Assembly: GCA_963716175.1 (NCBI GenBank)
Contig: OY970296.1
Coordinates: forward strand, 2,016,001 to 2,080,000
DNA length: 64,000 nucleotides
Reading direction: 5' to 3'
Origin: an uncultured Armatimonadetes bacterium
Lineage (GTDB): Bacteria > Armatimonadota > Hebobacteria > Hebobacterales > Hebobacteraceae
A model generated the notes under the pieces. The model saw nothing but the letters and a program-made list of their open reading frames with translations, ran no database searches and was not told the origin of the DNA. The position numbers and the translations under genes are program-made. Positions within the stretch are counted from its first letter, which is position 1, and each line of letters starts with the position of its first letter. This document shows positions 21,613 through 32,454 of the stretch, piece after piece.

Positions 21613-22221
21613 TCACTGCAGACACTCAAGCAATCTGAGCCAGGCCACCATCCCCGGATCGTCTCTGCCCACACTTCGCTGCCCGAACATGCGGGCGCGG
21701 CCTTGGCGGGCGGGACGGTCGCGGAACTGGTCAATGGTCTCCCCAACCGCGTGGAGCGCGGCCGGCAGCATGGCTTCTGGCTGCCCCGCCTGCTGCAGCG
21801 CCTCCGCCGTGGCCGCAATAGCATCGAGCACGGTCTTGTCGCCGAGTTCGGCCTTGCCTCGTGTCCGCATTGCGTCCAAGGCGGCGGCGAGCAACTCCGG
21901 CGCCTCCTGCCAGCCAGCCTCGGTGCGTCCTCGCATCGCTCTTGCGGCGCTCATCGCACCGGTGGCAAGGAGCGTCCCAAAGGTCGAGCCGGAAATGCTG
22001 ACAAAGGCCTTTGCGCACTGAAGCAATGCGGCGCCGACGTCAGGAGGAAGGCTCTCGGCTTGCTCTGCGACGCTCCTCAGACCACGCACCAGGGTCACCC
22101 CGAGATCGCCGTCTCCTAGAGCCCCGTCCAGTGCACTGAGATCATCTGCACATCGCTCCGCCTGGGCGGTTAGCAGTCGGATCGCCTCCCGTAGCGTTTC
22201 CGTTGTGAGCACCTGACCCAT
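21613..22221 (-). CDS. dhaL: Dihydroxyacetone kinase subunit L
   Basis: LDGALGDGDLG, GDKTVLDA, GRA and DPG motifs. Confidence 0.9.
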   Translation of the reverse strand: MGQVLTTETLREAIRLLTAQAERCADDLSALDGALGDGDLGVTLVRGLRSVAEQAESLPPDVGAALLQCAKAFVSISGSTFGTLLATGAMSAARAMRGRTEAGWQEAPELLAAALDAMRTRGKAELGDKTVLDAIAATAEALQQAGQPEAMLPAALHAVGETIDQFRDRPARQGRARMFGQRSVGRDDPGMVAWLRLLECLQ

Positions 22222-22234
22222 ATGCTTCGTCTCG

Positions 22235-23233
22235 TCATACGCGCCAGAACGGGCAGTCGCAGGGCGCCTTCAGGAGTTGTTCAAGTTCGTTATCGAGCAG
22301 GCAGAAGGTCAGCGACATGCCCGTCATCTCCATAGAAGTGGCGTAGCGTCCGACCAGCGGCATGACGATCTCGACGCCGAGGTCGCGCAGCCGGCCCGCG
22401 ACATAGCGGTAGACAATATACAGCTCCTCTGGCGGGGTCGCTCCTAAGCTGTTGCACATGACCGAGACGCGGTCGCCGGCGGCGAGGGGCAAATCGGTGA
22501 GTAGTGCGTCGACCATCGTCGATGCGATCTCATCGGCAGTCTGGAGCGGGCCCCGCTGGATGCCTGGCTCGCCGTGGATGCCCATGCCGATCTCCATCTC
22601 GCCCTCCCCGAGCTGGAAGGTTGGCTTCCCTACCTGGGGCACCGTGCAGGGCGTCAGCGCCACCCCGATAGAGCGGGTCGCGTCGAGGGCCTTCCGCGCG
22701 ATGGCGGCTACGGCCGGGAGATTGGCGCCGGTGTCGGCCTTGGCGCCGGCGATCTTGAAGCCATACACCATGCCGGCGACGCCGCGCCGCTTCTCGCGTT
22801 CCGCGGGCGGCGCGCTCGCGACATCGTCCGCAGCCAGCACGGTCTCGGTCGCAATGCCCTCCATGCCCACCATTTCCGCGGCCATGTCGAAGTTCATGAC
22901 ATCGCCACCGTAGTTGCCGTACAGCAGGAGCACACCGGCGCCGCCATTGGCCGCCTGGATGGCATCGGACATCTGGTCTACGGTGGGAGAGGCAAACACG
23001 TCTCCGATAGCGCAGGCGTCCAGCAGGCCCTTCCCCACATAGCCAGTGAATACGGGAAGATGGCCGGACCCCCCGCCCGTGACCAGACCAACCTTCCCTG
23101 CGACCGCCCCCCCCGCACGCGCAGTCACACGCCCGTGGGGCCCACGCTGTTGGTAGTACTGGGGATGGGCCGCGCACAGCCCTTCCAGCATCTCATCCAC
23201 GTAGTGAAATGGGTCGTTCAGGATCTTCTTCAT
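22235..23233 (-). CDS. dhaK: Dihydroxyacetone kinase subunit K
   Basis: GGGSGH, NYGGD, RRGVAG and GMGIHGEPG motifs. Confidence 0.93.
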   Translation of the reverse strand: MKKILNDPFHYVDEMLEGLCAAHPQYYQQRGPHGRVTARAGGAVAGKVGLVTGGGSGHLPVFTGYVGKGLLDACAIGDVFASPTVDQMSDAIQAANGGAGVLLLYGNYGGDVMNFDMAAEMVGMEGIATETVLAADDVASAPPAEREKRRGVAGMVYGFKIAGAKADTGANLPAVAAIARKALDATRSIGVALTPCTVPQVGKPTFQLGEGEMEIGMGIHGEPGIQRGPLQTADEIASTMVDALLTDLPLAAGDRVSVMCNSLGATPPEELYIVYRYVAGRLRDLGVEIVMPLVGRYATSMEMTGMSLTFCLLDNELEQLLKAPCDCPFWRV

Positions 23234-23361
23234 CTTCCGTTTATCCTCACTGCCCGGTTCGCATTTCGCCCTCGACCAGGCCCGATGCTAGGGCGCTCTT
23301 TTGCCGGCATTCGGTGCTAATCCTGTACACCTTCTTCCTGCGCTGGAATGGGCAGCCGCCG

Positions 23362-24690
23362 TCACGCGCCGCCGATGGAACGACGGCACGCAATCGTCCG
23401 TCGCACCAGATCCGAGATCCTTCCCTCGCCAAACCCGGCGACGACCGTCTTCACCGTATCGTTCAGCGGAGCCATCCACCGCTGGTCCAGTCGCTCGTAG
23501 CCAACTGCGGCGCCGCAGATGCTGCCGGCCGTGGCGCCATTGCAGTCGGTGTCGATACCACACAGCGCGGCCGTGGTCATGGTTCTGGTGAAGTCGAGCT
23601 GGCCGTGCAGCACCGCCAGCACCACGATGGCGACGTTATTCGTCGTGGCGGCGAAGTACATATGGCCGTAGTAGTCGTAGATGCGGTCGCAAGTCGCCAT
23701 CCAGTCGCCGGTCTCGGCGTACCATCGCCGCACGTTCCGGACGGCCTCGGCGAGACGGGAACGGCGCGGGATACACGACAGCCCGCCCGCGATGATGGTC
23801 TCGACGGAGGGGATTGGAGAGAGAGCGGCGCTGATGCAGCCGCTGACGAACATCCCTCCGTAGATGCCGTTCTTCACCAGATCGAATGAACACTGCCGAT
23901 GGACCCAACGCGCCCCGAGCCGCGGGTCGCCTGGACTGAGGTAGCCCCACAGGTCGGCTTTGAGCTGTCCGTCGATGCACTCTCGCCAAGGGTTGAGCTT
24001 CAGCGGGAACTCGTCCACCTGCTCCTCCACGCTGCGGTCGGAGCTGAGATTCACCATGTGATAATAGGCCTGCCGGTCAGCCACCCACAGCCAGTGGTAG
24101 GGGATATTGTCGAGCAGGTTCCAGCCGACGTCAGCCTTCGTAAACGCCAGCCCCTTCTGCTCCATCAGCATGAGAGAGAGGATGGTGTAGTGGATATCAT
24201 CATCGGGCTGCACGAACTGGACGTGACCCTGCGCGGAGGGAAGACAGTCCATGCGCAGCGTTCGGCCAAGCTTCTCGGAACGAATGGGCACCCAGTCCTC
24301 CAGGGGATAGGAGTCGAGGCTCTCCAGATACTCCCTGATCTCCGGTCGGGTCAGACCAACCTCGAGTGGCTTTCCCAGCACGAGACCCGCGCAGCGGCCA
24401 TACCAGGCCCCCTTGATCCGCTCCGCGTAGTCCGCGTCGCTCACTGGACCGAGTGCCGGCACCGGCTCGGCCTCGGCGAGGATCGCCTCGAAGTCATCCG
24501 GCTCGACATAGGGAAAGTCCGGCCGCAGGCCCTTCTCTCGAACCTTCCAGAGCCGGCGGCACGCTCGCTCCCAGTCGCGTTCGGTCAGGCCGTCGCCAGC
24601 CGGTGGCTTTCCCGTCACCGGGTAGCCTTCCTCCGCGAGCTGTATGCGCTCTGCCTCGTAGAGCGTCCTCCAATTCCCATTCCCTGGCAT
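23362..24690 (-). CDS. ADP-ribosylglycohydrolase family protein
   Basis: GAWYGR..G..LG, DDDIHYT and DTDCNGATAGSI motifs. Confidence 0.9.
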   Translation of the reverse strand: MPGNGNWRTLYEAERIQLAEEGYPVTGKPPAGDGLTERDWERACRRLWKVREKGLRPDFPYVEPDDFEAILAEAEPVPALGPVSDADYAERIKGAWYGRCAGLVLGKPLEVGLTRPEIREYLESLDSYPLEDWVPIRSEKLGRTLRMDCLPSAQGHVQFVQPDDDIHYTILSLMLMEQKGLAFTKADVGWNLLDNIPYHWLWVADRQAYYHMVNLSSDRSVEEQVDEFPLKLNPWRECIDGQLKADLWGYLSPGDPRLGARWVHRQCSFDLVKNGIYGGMFVSGCISAALSPIPSVETIIAGGLSCIPRRSRLAEAVRNVRRWYAETGDWMATCDRIYDYYGHMYFAATTNNVAIVVLAVLHGQLDFTRTMTTAALCGIDTDCNGATAGSICGAAVGYERLDQRWMAPLNDTVKTVVAGFGEGRISDLVRRTIACRRSIGGA

Positions 24691-24703
24691 GCCTCTTCTC
24701 CGA

Positions 24704-24895
24704 TCACTTTGGCTTCAGCGCTCGTCGCGCCGCGATGGCGAGAGCGATGCCTGAGACCATCCCCGAAGCTGTGCTACACAGCGGGTTCACGGCTCGCGCC
24801 GTCGACCGCGTGCTGGAGCATTGCGGACACTCCACGTTGGAGAGCGGCAGCACGTAGCCGCACTTCGGGCAGGTGCGTTCCCCTGTGGTGACCGT
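24704..24895 (-). pseudogene. Zinc-ribbon N-terminal gene scrap
   Basis: Frame reads TGERTCPKCGYVLPLSNVECPQC after a GGAGG, but has no proper start codon. Confidence 0.4.
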
Positions 24896-25274
24896 AACCT
24901 CCCGCCAGAATGTGATTCCGCTGCCCTCCGCGGCAGGGGACTAGACCACTACGCTCAGGCCGCCCGGAGTAGCGGCCTTGCGGAGTATACCATTCCCCTC
25001 CCAGATGTGTAAGCAGGCGCTCAGGCCCATACCGGCCGGAAAGAGGCTCCCTCTTGGCCCTGGGCGCCGCGTGCACCAGGCGTCCCCATCTTGATCACTG
25101 CCCACAAGTATCAGCCTGCTTTCCAGCTGCGCCGCAGGCTGGGATCTTCCGGCGTTCCCCCCCCACTTCTCGCAAACACAGTAGTGGGGCACTGCTCGGC
25201 CCGCGCGGCCCAAGCCACGCCCCACATCCCACCGGGAGGCTGTCTTTGCGGAATGGGCCGGCCCCGAGTGTGTG

Positions 25275-25685
25275 TCAGCCCATGCCCAGCACACGCCTCT
25301 GCTCGTCCCACTCCAGAGGCAACCGGTGCAGCTTCTCCAGCGAGAGCCCGTCCGGCTCCTGTCCCATCAGGATCGCCTCCACGATGTCGGGGGCGAGCAG
25401 CGCGAGATTCAGATGGCGGCCCACGTAGGAGCCATCGACCCCCATCCGCGCCGCCAGCGCGTCGATGGAGGGATAGCGACCGCTCTCCAGCAACTCCTTC
25501 CAGCGGTGGCCGCGGATCACGGCCAACACGAGCGCGCTGTAGGTCTGAGGAGTCGTCTTTCGCGGGCGCGGCAGGCCCTGGGGGACGATGATCTCTTTCC
25601 GGCCCCCGCGGCGCTTCAGTGCCATCGGCACCCGAATGCGCAGGCGGCCGTCGTCACCGACCATGTCTGGAGCTTCACCGTTCAT
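25275..25685 (-). CDS. Conserved hypothetical protein typically found downstream of DUF2924-recombinase modules
   Basis: VPMALKRRGGRK, LLAPDIVEAIL and LPLEWDEQR motifs. Confidence 0.8.
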   Translation of the reverse strand: MNGEAPDMVGDDGRLRIRVPMALKRRGGRKEIIVPQGLPRPRKTTPQTYSALVLAVIRGHRWKELLESGRYPSIDALAARMGVDGSYVGRHLNLALLAPDIVEAILMGQEPDGLSLEKLHRLPLEWDEQRRVLGMG

Positions 25686-27253
25686 GCCGGCACCTCCGCA
25701 CGCTCATGGCTGCGAAGCTCGAGGGCCAGGCTCTCGAGGCCCTCCGCTCGCAGCTCCAGGTCCAGCCCGTCAGGCCCCACCTCCACCCGGCGCACGAGAA
25801 GCTGCACGATGCGCTCCTGCTCCGCGGGGAACAGCTCCTCCCACGCCGGGTCGAGCGAGGCGAGCGCCCCGATCACCTCCCGCTCGCCGACACGAGACGA
25901 CAGCGCCTGCATCTCCTGGTCGGCCTGGGTGACGGCGCGCTCCTGCGCCTCCACCTGCGCGGTCAGCTCAGCCAGCCGCCCGGCGACCAGCGGGGAGTCG
26001 CCGTAGGCCCCGGACATCAGCCGCTGTGCTTCCTCCCTGAAGGCGGTCAGCTTGGTCGCCGCCGCGGTGTGCTGATGCGTCACCTCCTCCAGCCGGGCCT
26101 CCCGCTGCTTCCGCGCCGCGCGGACGGTCGCCGCCACCACCTCCGGCGTCTCGAAGACGGCTCTCAGCTGCTCGATCACCGCGCGCTCGATCTCTCCGGC
26201 CGGCACCGTGCCCACCGGACAGGAGCCAGGCCCGTGCTTGGAGGCATGGACGCACAGATAGTAGCGGTACACCTTGCCTCATCGCTTGGTGAAGCTGGGC
26301 CCCATAGCGCAGCCGCAGTGGGCACACCGGATGATGCCTCGCAACAGGGCCGGCGTCTTCGTGCGGGTCCGCACCCCGCGGGTGCGGCAGTTCCACGCGA
26401 GGATGCTGTGGGCCTGATCCCAGAGCCGGCGTGTCACGATCGGCTCGTGCTCTCCGGGGTAGCGCTCACCCTTGTGGGTCACCTCCCCGATGTAGAGAGG
26501 GTTGTTGAGGACACGGTAGACGAGAACCTTGTTCCAGGGCATGCCCGCCCGCGTCCTGCCCTTCTTCGTCGTCCAGGACTTGGTGGTGTAGCCCTTCTCG
26601 TTCAGCTGCTGCGCCAGTGTCGTGGTGGAGCCGGTCTCGGCGAAGTCGGAGAAGATGCGCAGCACGAGTTCCGCCTCCTGGGGGTTCACCACGAGGCGCT
26701 TGCGCTCCCGATCCACGTCATAGCCCAGCACCGGCGGCCCGCCCGTGTACTTGCCCTTCCGCCTGGTGGCTGCCACCTTGTCGCGGATACGCTCTCCGAT
26801 GATCTCCCGCTCGAACTGGGCGAAGGAGAGCAGGATGTTCACCATCAGCCGGCCCATGGAGGTGCTGGTATCGAAGCGCTGGGTCACGGAGACGAAGGAG
26901 ACATTGTGGCGGTCGAAGACCTCCACGAGCTTTGCGAAGTCCAGCAAGGAGCGCGTGAGGCGGTCGAGCTTGTAGACCACCACGCAGTCGATCTTCCCCG
27001 CCTCGATGTCGGCCAGCAACCGCAGCAGCGCGGGCCGGTCCAGGGTGGCGCCGGAGTAGCCCCCATCGTCGTAGCGGGTGGACAGGGCAACCCACCCCTC
27101 ATGCTTCTGGCTCGTGACATAAGCCTCGCCTGACTCCCGCTGCGCGTCCAGGGAGTTGAACTCGGAATCCAGTCCCTCCTCGGTGCTGGTCCGTGTGAGG
27201 GTGGCGCACCGGACGCGACGCAGGGCCTGTCGCTCTCGTTCCTGGCGTGTCAT
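25682..27253 (-). pseudogene. Large serine recombinase split by an in-frame TGA at 26279-26281
   Basis: TRTST, VYKLDRLTRS, FAQFERE, C..CG and YRYYLC zinc ribbon; reads KR*GKVYRYYLC in one frame. Confidence 0.9.
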
Positions 27254-27412
27254 CGGTCGGCACTCCTGTAGGTGGGTCGCAGTCCAAAGAACACCTTGCC
27301 GTTCCAGTGACCACCGGTGATGGTGTTCGCGATGGCGGACAGCGAGCGATACGGCCTGCCCTCGAACTCAAAGCCGGTGGCCGTGACGGTGACCTCGTAG
27401 CGGCGGTAATCC
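27250..27412 (-). pseudogene. DUF2924 C-terminal fragment
   Basis: GFEFEGRPYRSLSAIANTITGGHWNGKVFFGL. Confidence 0.85.
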
Positions 27413-29935
27413 CACATCGTCGGCAGCATCGCCCGCACTCAGGGAGTCGGCGCGCAGGTGCAGAACGTCGTGCCGCGTCCCTCCCAGAGTGCGACGGAGC
27501 GTCAGCTTCTTCCGCACCGCGTCGACCGAAGCCAAGAGGCCGCGCTCGTGGAGGCGCTTGCGCAACGTGTACGGCGATACGGTGATCTCCTCACCAGTCG
27601 CCCTGCCCATCGCCTGCGCCACCGCGAAGCTGGCATCGGGCTGCAGATAGAGATCCTCGCCGTCCAGCCACCCGATGCGATCACCGTGCGGTTGCCACGT
27701 GCCGGGCTCGTCACGCCAGCCCCAGGCCTCTGGATTGTCGGGTTCACTTCCGTTCGTGGCGGCGATGTGAGCGCGGCCGGATGTGATCGCGGCCGACAGC
27801 AGGCGGATGAACAGGCCGGTTGGCTCCGTTGTCCCTATGTGGGCCGCCTGGTGCGCCGCGACCTCCGTGAGCGCCGTCCATCCGCGCTCCCACAGCCCTT
27901 TTGCCTCCTTTTCAGCGAGTGCGCCGGCATCCTGGGCGAATGCGATGAAGTAGCGCAGACCAAGCGCCTGGTTTGCAGCAATCTCGGGGGTTCTCGGGTG
28001 CATGCCGAGCCGCGTGAGCGCCGCGCGGAGCTCCCGCACCTCACCCGGCAGCCGCGCCGATATCTCTGCGTATCTCGGCGCCAACCATCGCACGTATCCC
28101 GCCATGGCCGCCGTGTACAGCCCCTCGGCTGCATCGGCCTGACAGGCTGTCAGCGCGGTCACGTCCACATCGCCTTTCCGAAACTCAATCACGAACACGC
28201 GCGCTCCCAGCGATTCGCCTCGCGGCAGGTCCTCCCCGGTGGCGACAATCAGCCCGCGAGGCGGCTTGGGCGGCCGGGGGGTCGAGTCTGCTCCCAGTCG
28301 GCCCCGGCCAGACCGATTCGCCTGGCCCCGCAGAAGGCGGTCAGCATCTCGCTGCTGACGGTCCGCAGCAGCCCCGGCTCTTCGGGGGACATCATCGTCC
28401 ACGATCAGCAAAGCGTCTTTAGCCGCGAAGGCAAGGGCCTCCAGGTAGTTGGCGGTGCTCTTCCAGTCCGCCGGCAAGTTAGCGAGATCCATCCCTGCAC
28501 CGAAGTGCGACTGGGCCAGAGCACTCACGGAGGTCTTGTACAGCCCCGTCCTCCCGACCAAATACCCGGAGACGTCGCTGTCACCAAGCGGCGCCCGCCA
28601 GGTCATGCAGAACAGCGGGACGATCACCCTATCGGGCGCAAGACCATCCAGGAGACGCAGCGATGCCCGCACCGCCGCGCGCAGCTCCTCGCCCGCCGGC
28701 GGAGTTGGCAGCTGGTAGCCATTCAGCTCACGGGGCAGATCGACTTCAACATCGCCCACTGCGCCATCCGCGCCAATCGCCCCGCCGCCATGGAGATAGA
28801 GCCACCGCCCGTCGATCTTGCGCCAGCTGGTGTGGGCGTAGAGGCGCCGGTACGGTGTGGGGCCACTCAGAAGCTGAATGGCGGCCCGCGCGTGATCCCG
28901 AGGGTACATCCCGGGGTAGACCACTGCCTCCGAGCCGAGGTGCTCGAGGTGCCAACTCATGCCGTTGAATGAGGTACTGGGAATCGCAAAGCGAGATCGG
29001 CGTCCGTGGAGGTTCGCCTCGATCTCGAAGAGCCGCTGCGTTTCAGCCCCGTCATCGCGCACGATCTGCCCAGTGACACGCGCGGTGAAGTTCGTCAGGG
29101 GTGTCGGGATCTCGCCATCCCTCGTCTGCCTCAGCCAGACGATCCCATCCTCGGTTTCGCGATAAGGCCCGGCCCCAGGCTCATCGTCCGGCGAAGGGAG
29201 GCCGCGCAGCTCGGGAGAAGAGCAGGCGAGCAATTCCTCCACGGTATGCCCGGCCGCGAGATAATCATCCAGACCTTGCTTCGCTCTGGCCGGTCCCGAT
29301 GGGGGATAGATGAAGTGCACGGTCGCTCCCCGCAGCTTCAGAAACGCGGCCAGCCGTTCGAGCGCGAGGTGGACTTCCGGCTTCGTCATCACGTCCGAGT
29401 CAAAGCAGATGCAGACTAGCCGACCGTTCGGGGGGATGTACTCCCAGTCGGCAAGAGCGGCATTTCCCCCCAACTCATTCGTGCCGCGCCAGTTCCAGAC
29501 CCCGAGTAGCGCGATGCAGCAGAGGCCGGCGCTTGCGCCCGAATCGCCCTTCCGCACTCCCTCCGTGATCCATAGCGGCACGCTCGGATCGGCCAGTTTC
29601 GCGCGAATCAACGGAGGCACGTCGAGCGCCATTCGGCTGCCGCCTGGCGTTTCATACTTCACAGCCTTGCCGTCGCTGTTGATGCGCGGCTGGTCGGGCC
29701 GGATCTGGTAGGTCGCCAGCTCACCGAGTACATTCCAGACCGGCACTACCAGCGCGGGACTGAGGCACTGGCTGTCGCTGAACCCGAGCCGCCGCAGTTC
29801 GCTCTTCCTCTGCGCTGACCAATACCCGCGCGCCTGGGCCACCTCCGGCGATATCCCCGAGGCCTCAATGAGGGCCGCGTGTTGGGGCAAGAGAACGCCT
29901 TCACTTCGCCTGGCTTCTACCGTGGTTGTCATCAT
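27368..29935 (-). CDS. DUF3854 (TOPRIM-like) primase fused to a DUF927-like helicase; C-terminus altered by a deletion
   Basis: WITEGVRKG, CFDSD, KQGLDD and GRTGLYKT motifs. Start is approximate. Confidence 0.8.
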   Translation of the reverse strand: MMTTTVEARRSEGVLLPQHAALIEASGISPEVAQARGYWSAQRKSELRRLGFSDSQCLSPALVVPVWNVLGELATYQIRPDQPRINSDGKAVKYETPGGSRMALDVPPLIRAKLADPSVPLWITEGVRKGDSGASAGLCCIALLGVWNWRGTNELGGNAALADWEYIPPNGRLVCICFDSDVMTKPEVHLALERLAAFLKLRGATVHFIYPPSGPARAKQGLDDYLAAGHTVEELLACSSPELRGLPSPDDEPGAGPYRETEDGIVWLRQTRDGEIPTPLTNFTARVTGQIVRDDGAETQRLFEIEANLHGRRSRFAIPSTSFNGMSWHLEHLGSEAVVYPGMYPRDHARAAIQLLSGPTPYRRLYAHTSWRKIDGRWLYLHGGGAIGADGAVGDVEVDLPRELNGYQLPTPPAGEELRAAVRASLRLLDGLAPDRVIVPLFCMTWRAPLGDSDVSGYLVGRTGLYKTSVSALAQSHFGAGMDLANLPADWKSTANYLEALAFAAKDALLIVDDDVPRRAGAAADRQQRDADRLLRGQANRSGRGRLGADSTPRPPKPPRGLIVATGEDLPRGESLGARVFVIEFRKGDVDVTALTACQADAAEGLYTAAMAGYVRWLAPRYAEISARLPGEVRELRAALTRLGMHPRTPEIAANQALGLRYFIAFAQDAGALAEKEAKGLWERGWTALTEVAAHQAAHIGTTEPTGLFIRLLSAAITSGRAHIAATNGSEPDNPEAWGWRDEPGTWQPHGDRIGWLDGEDLYLQPDASFAVAQAMGRATGEEITVSPYTLRKRLHERGLLASVDAVRKKLTLRRTLGGTRHDVLHLRADSLSAGDAADDVGLPPLRGHRHGHRL

Positions 29936-30215
29936 GCTCCATGCTCCATTTCTCCGGGCCGCCGCCCCTTGCGGTTGGAGCGGCCGCGTCCGCCCGGGCG
30001 GCGGGCGACGCCCCGGAGTCATCTGTGGGTTCGGACTTGGCGATGGCTGGACGGAACAGCTCGGGGTGATCGGCCGCATAGGCGCGCGCCACCAGCCGCG
30101 CCAGCAGGCTCTCCGCAGCCTGCCACTCCTGGGCCGGCATGGGGTCCGGCGAGATGTGGCTTACGAACGTCAGCCGAGATCTTCGATTGCCAACCTGTCC
30201 CTTCGGCACATCCAC
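29901..30215 (-). CDS. Small hypothetical protein of the integrative element
   Basis: AESLLARLVARAY helix, located between the regulators and the primase. Confidence 0.5.
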   Translation of the reverse strand: MDVPKGQVGNRRSRLTFVSHISPDPMPAQEWQAAESLLARLVARAYAADHPELFRPAIAKSEPTDDSGASPAARADAAAPTARGGGPEKWSMEHDDNHGRSQAK

Positions 30216-30460
30216 TCCAAACAGGAAAGCCAGGAGAAGGAAGCGAGATTCGACTCGCTCTCATCTCCTGGCTTCGCTTAGTCGGGTCTCTGCCGACCTG
30301 ACGAAGGCCCGCAGCACCCTTTCGCTAACTTCCGAAGTCTACACCAACAGCAACTTGCCCTTGCTCGTCACTTTCAGATGTCTTTCGACCCTCGCTCCTT
30401 TGCGGTCTCGTCCCACGATTCGAATCAGGCGCTCACCACCCAAGTTCAAATGCAGCTCCC

Positions 30461-31282
30461 TCACCTCATCGGGGATGCTAAGCGATGCTGACTCTCTAAA
30501 GCTGGTCCCGTCCCTGGTCTGAGGGTCAGGTACCGCTGCCGTCCTCGCAACCGCTCTGTCATCCTTCGCTTCGTGTACGTGACTGCTTGCCCCATTGTAG
30601 CCTTGCCTTGGTGCCGCCGTGACCTTGCTGTCGCCAGTCCGCCCACGGATAGCGGGCGTTCATGAGCTTGTACTTCAGGAACTTGAGCCGCATCTCGACA
30701 ATCGCCCGGTTGGCTCCAAAGAGTATCCATCATTCGGTCCTCGTAGAGATCGAGGTTGATCATCTCGGGCGGCTGCTTGCGGTCGAGCAACCAGACGACC
30801 TTCCCAAAGGGCATCATCAGCTCACCCGCTGCGCAGTCGGCCTGCCACTCCAGGCGCGGCTTTCGCGGCGTGGCCTCCCCGATCTCCCTGCTGAAGAAGG
30901 ACCGCTGCAGCCTCTCCCCTGTGACCCCCTTCAGGAAGTGAAGCAGGTAGTGGCCCTCTACCTCATGCAGGATCGTGAACGTCTCGTTCCGCGTCGTGGG
31001 ATCGAAGTTGGGGCTGGGAGTCATGTTCACGACCGCGATCCTATCTCTTGACCAAGGCGACGGCCTGCCGTCAGGAAACAGACAACCTACAATCCCCTCT
31101 CCGTACTCGCGGTTCACCACTCCGCTGTCGTCGTAGTACACAGGAATGCCGAAGAGCCGATCCGCCAGGTCCGCGCCATCGAGTGGGAACACGTCCTCTT
31201 TCCCCCGCGCTCGCCGATAGAGCCGGAGCGTCTCTTCTGCGTAGAGCCGGATCTGCTCGATGGGCAGGAACGGGACGTTCAT
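30461..31282 (-). pseudogene. ImmA/IrrE-family metallopeptidase, frameshifted near 30720
   Basis: FTILHEVEGHYLLH and EWQADCAAGELMMP motifs; coupled to the HTH gene. Confidence 0.75.
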
Positions 31283-31587
31283 TCCTTCCTCTCTCCACGG
31301 ATGACCTTGCGAAAGTACGAGGACGCCTGATTCGGGTACTTCTCCTTGATCTCGCGGATCAGCCCTGCAACGTTGCGAGCAAGGAACACCACCCGCTCCT
31401 CGTCGGCCCCGAAGACCGCCGCAATACGACGGGCGAGGTCCTCGCTTGGAGTTGCCAGTCCGTTCTCCAACTGGCTCAGATAGGAGTGCTTCACCCCGAG
31501 CTTGTCGGCCAGTTCACGCAACGTCAGGTTGGCCTCCTTGCGCTGCTGCTGTAGCCACTGGGCGAAGTCTTCCTCTGGCACCGCCAT
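31279..31587 (-). CDS. Xre/ImmR-type HTH repressor
   Basis: LTLRELADKLGVKHSYLSQLENG; GGAGG RBS. Confidence 0.92.
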   Translation of the reverse strand: MAVPEEDFAQWLQQQRKEANLTLRELADKLGVKHSYLSQLENGLATPSEDLARRIAAVFGADEERVVFLARNVAGLIREIKEKYPNQASSYFRKVIRGERKE

Positions 31588-31893
31588 CCTCCTTCGGTAG
31601 TGTGTTTACCTACCTACCAACAATGCACCGCATCTCGTCCGTGCTGTCAACCATCTCTGGGCGTGGGTTTCGCAGTCGCACGCGGTCATTCTGCTCGTAT
31701 CAGCGGACTCGGCGATGATCTCGGTGCTCTAGGACTGCGCCCCCGGTTCCCAGCCTCCGGGCGGTATCTGTTGAGAGGCCGAGCAGCCAAACGGGATGGA
31801 GCCCAGCGCCGCGCTGTCCGATCTCACCCTTACTCGCAGTGGTGTTCTGCATGGGGCCCCCGGCCAGCGCCCGAGGCGATGAGTCGTAGGTTC

Positions 31894-31917
31894 GTAGCGG
31901 GGGCGGGATTCGTACCC
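31894..31917 (-). other. tRNA(Met)-like 3'-end remnant, candidate att site
   Basis: Reverse complement GGGTACGAATCCCGCCCCCGCTAC resembles a T-loop and acceptor end; lies in a VAGAGFVP recombinase-tail-like frame. Confidence 0.55.
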
Positions 31918-32454
31918 GATTCGTACTCTGAGATGCTGCCGGCATTGACGGTGCGCTGGGCATACGGCCCGGGAAAGCAGGGAGCCGGGGAGATGCGGCG
32001 GATTGGGTTCGCGGCGTAGGCCGACGCTGTGAGAAAGTCTGTCCGTGGCACCGTCCTGGAGGAAACTGCACTCAAGATCGAACTCTCTCCGCCATCGGAC
32101 GACGTTTCGATGACAGTGACACTTGGGCTAGCGCGTGGGAATGGAGCCGGCGCTCCCGTCCCACCGCGAGGCCGTCCCGTCGGCCTGCATGCGCTGCCCC
32201 CGCTGTCGGCTCGCCACCAGTAGGGCGCAGAACCAGTGTGGGCGGCCCAGGTGGTATCCCAGGGCCGCCTGGCACCCTCGCCATCGCCGCGTAACAAGCA
32301 CGCGTGGGTTCATCCTCCCGCGAGACAGAAGACCCACGATACAGCAGCGGTGCCCTGAGAGCAAGGCTGGGACGGTTCTAAGGCGAAGTGACCGGTGCAG
32401 GTGGCCGCCCGGGAAGGGCCAATGGCAAGCCGCAAAGAGAGGAGACCATCCCAG

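Larger units (their letters stand above)
25275..32019. mobile_element. Decayed integrative element (DUF2924-serine recombinase module, primase/helicase, ImmA-ImmR)
   Basis: Gene set and order; tRNA 3'-end remnant at 31894-31917; nonsense, frameshift and deletion lesions. Confidence 0.8.

Noticed and set aside
26279-26281. Selenocysteine or recoding at the in-frame TGA
   Set aside because: The position is not a catalytic Cys, TGA is used as a normal stop elsewhere, and neighbouring genes are also decayed.
31860-31960. Functional tRNA gene
   Set aside because: Only the T-loop and acceptor 3' part is present; there are no D or anticodon arms.
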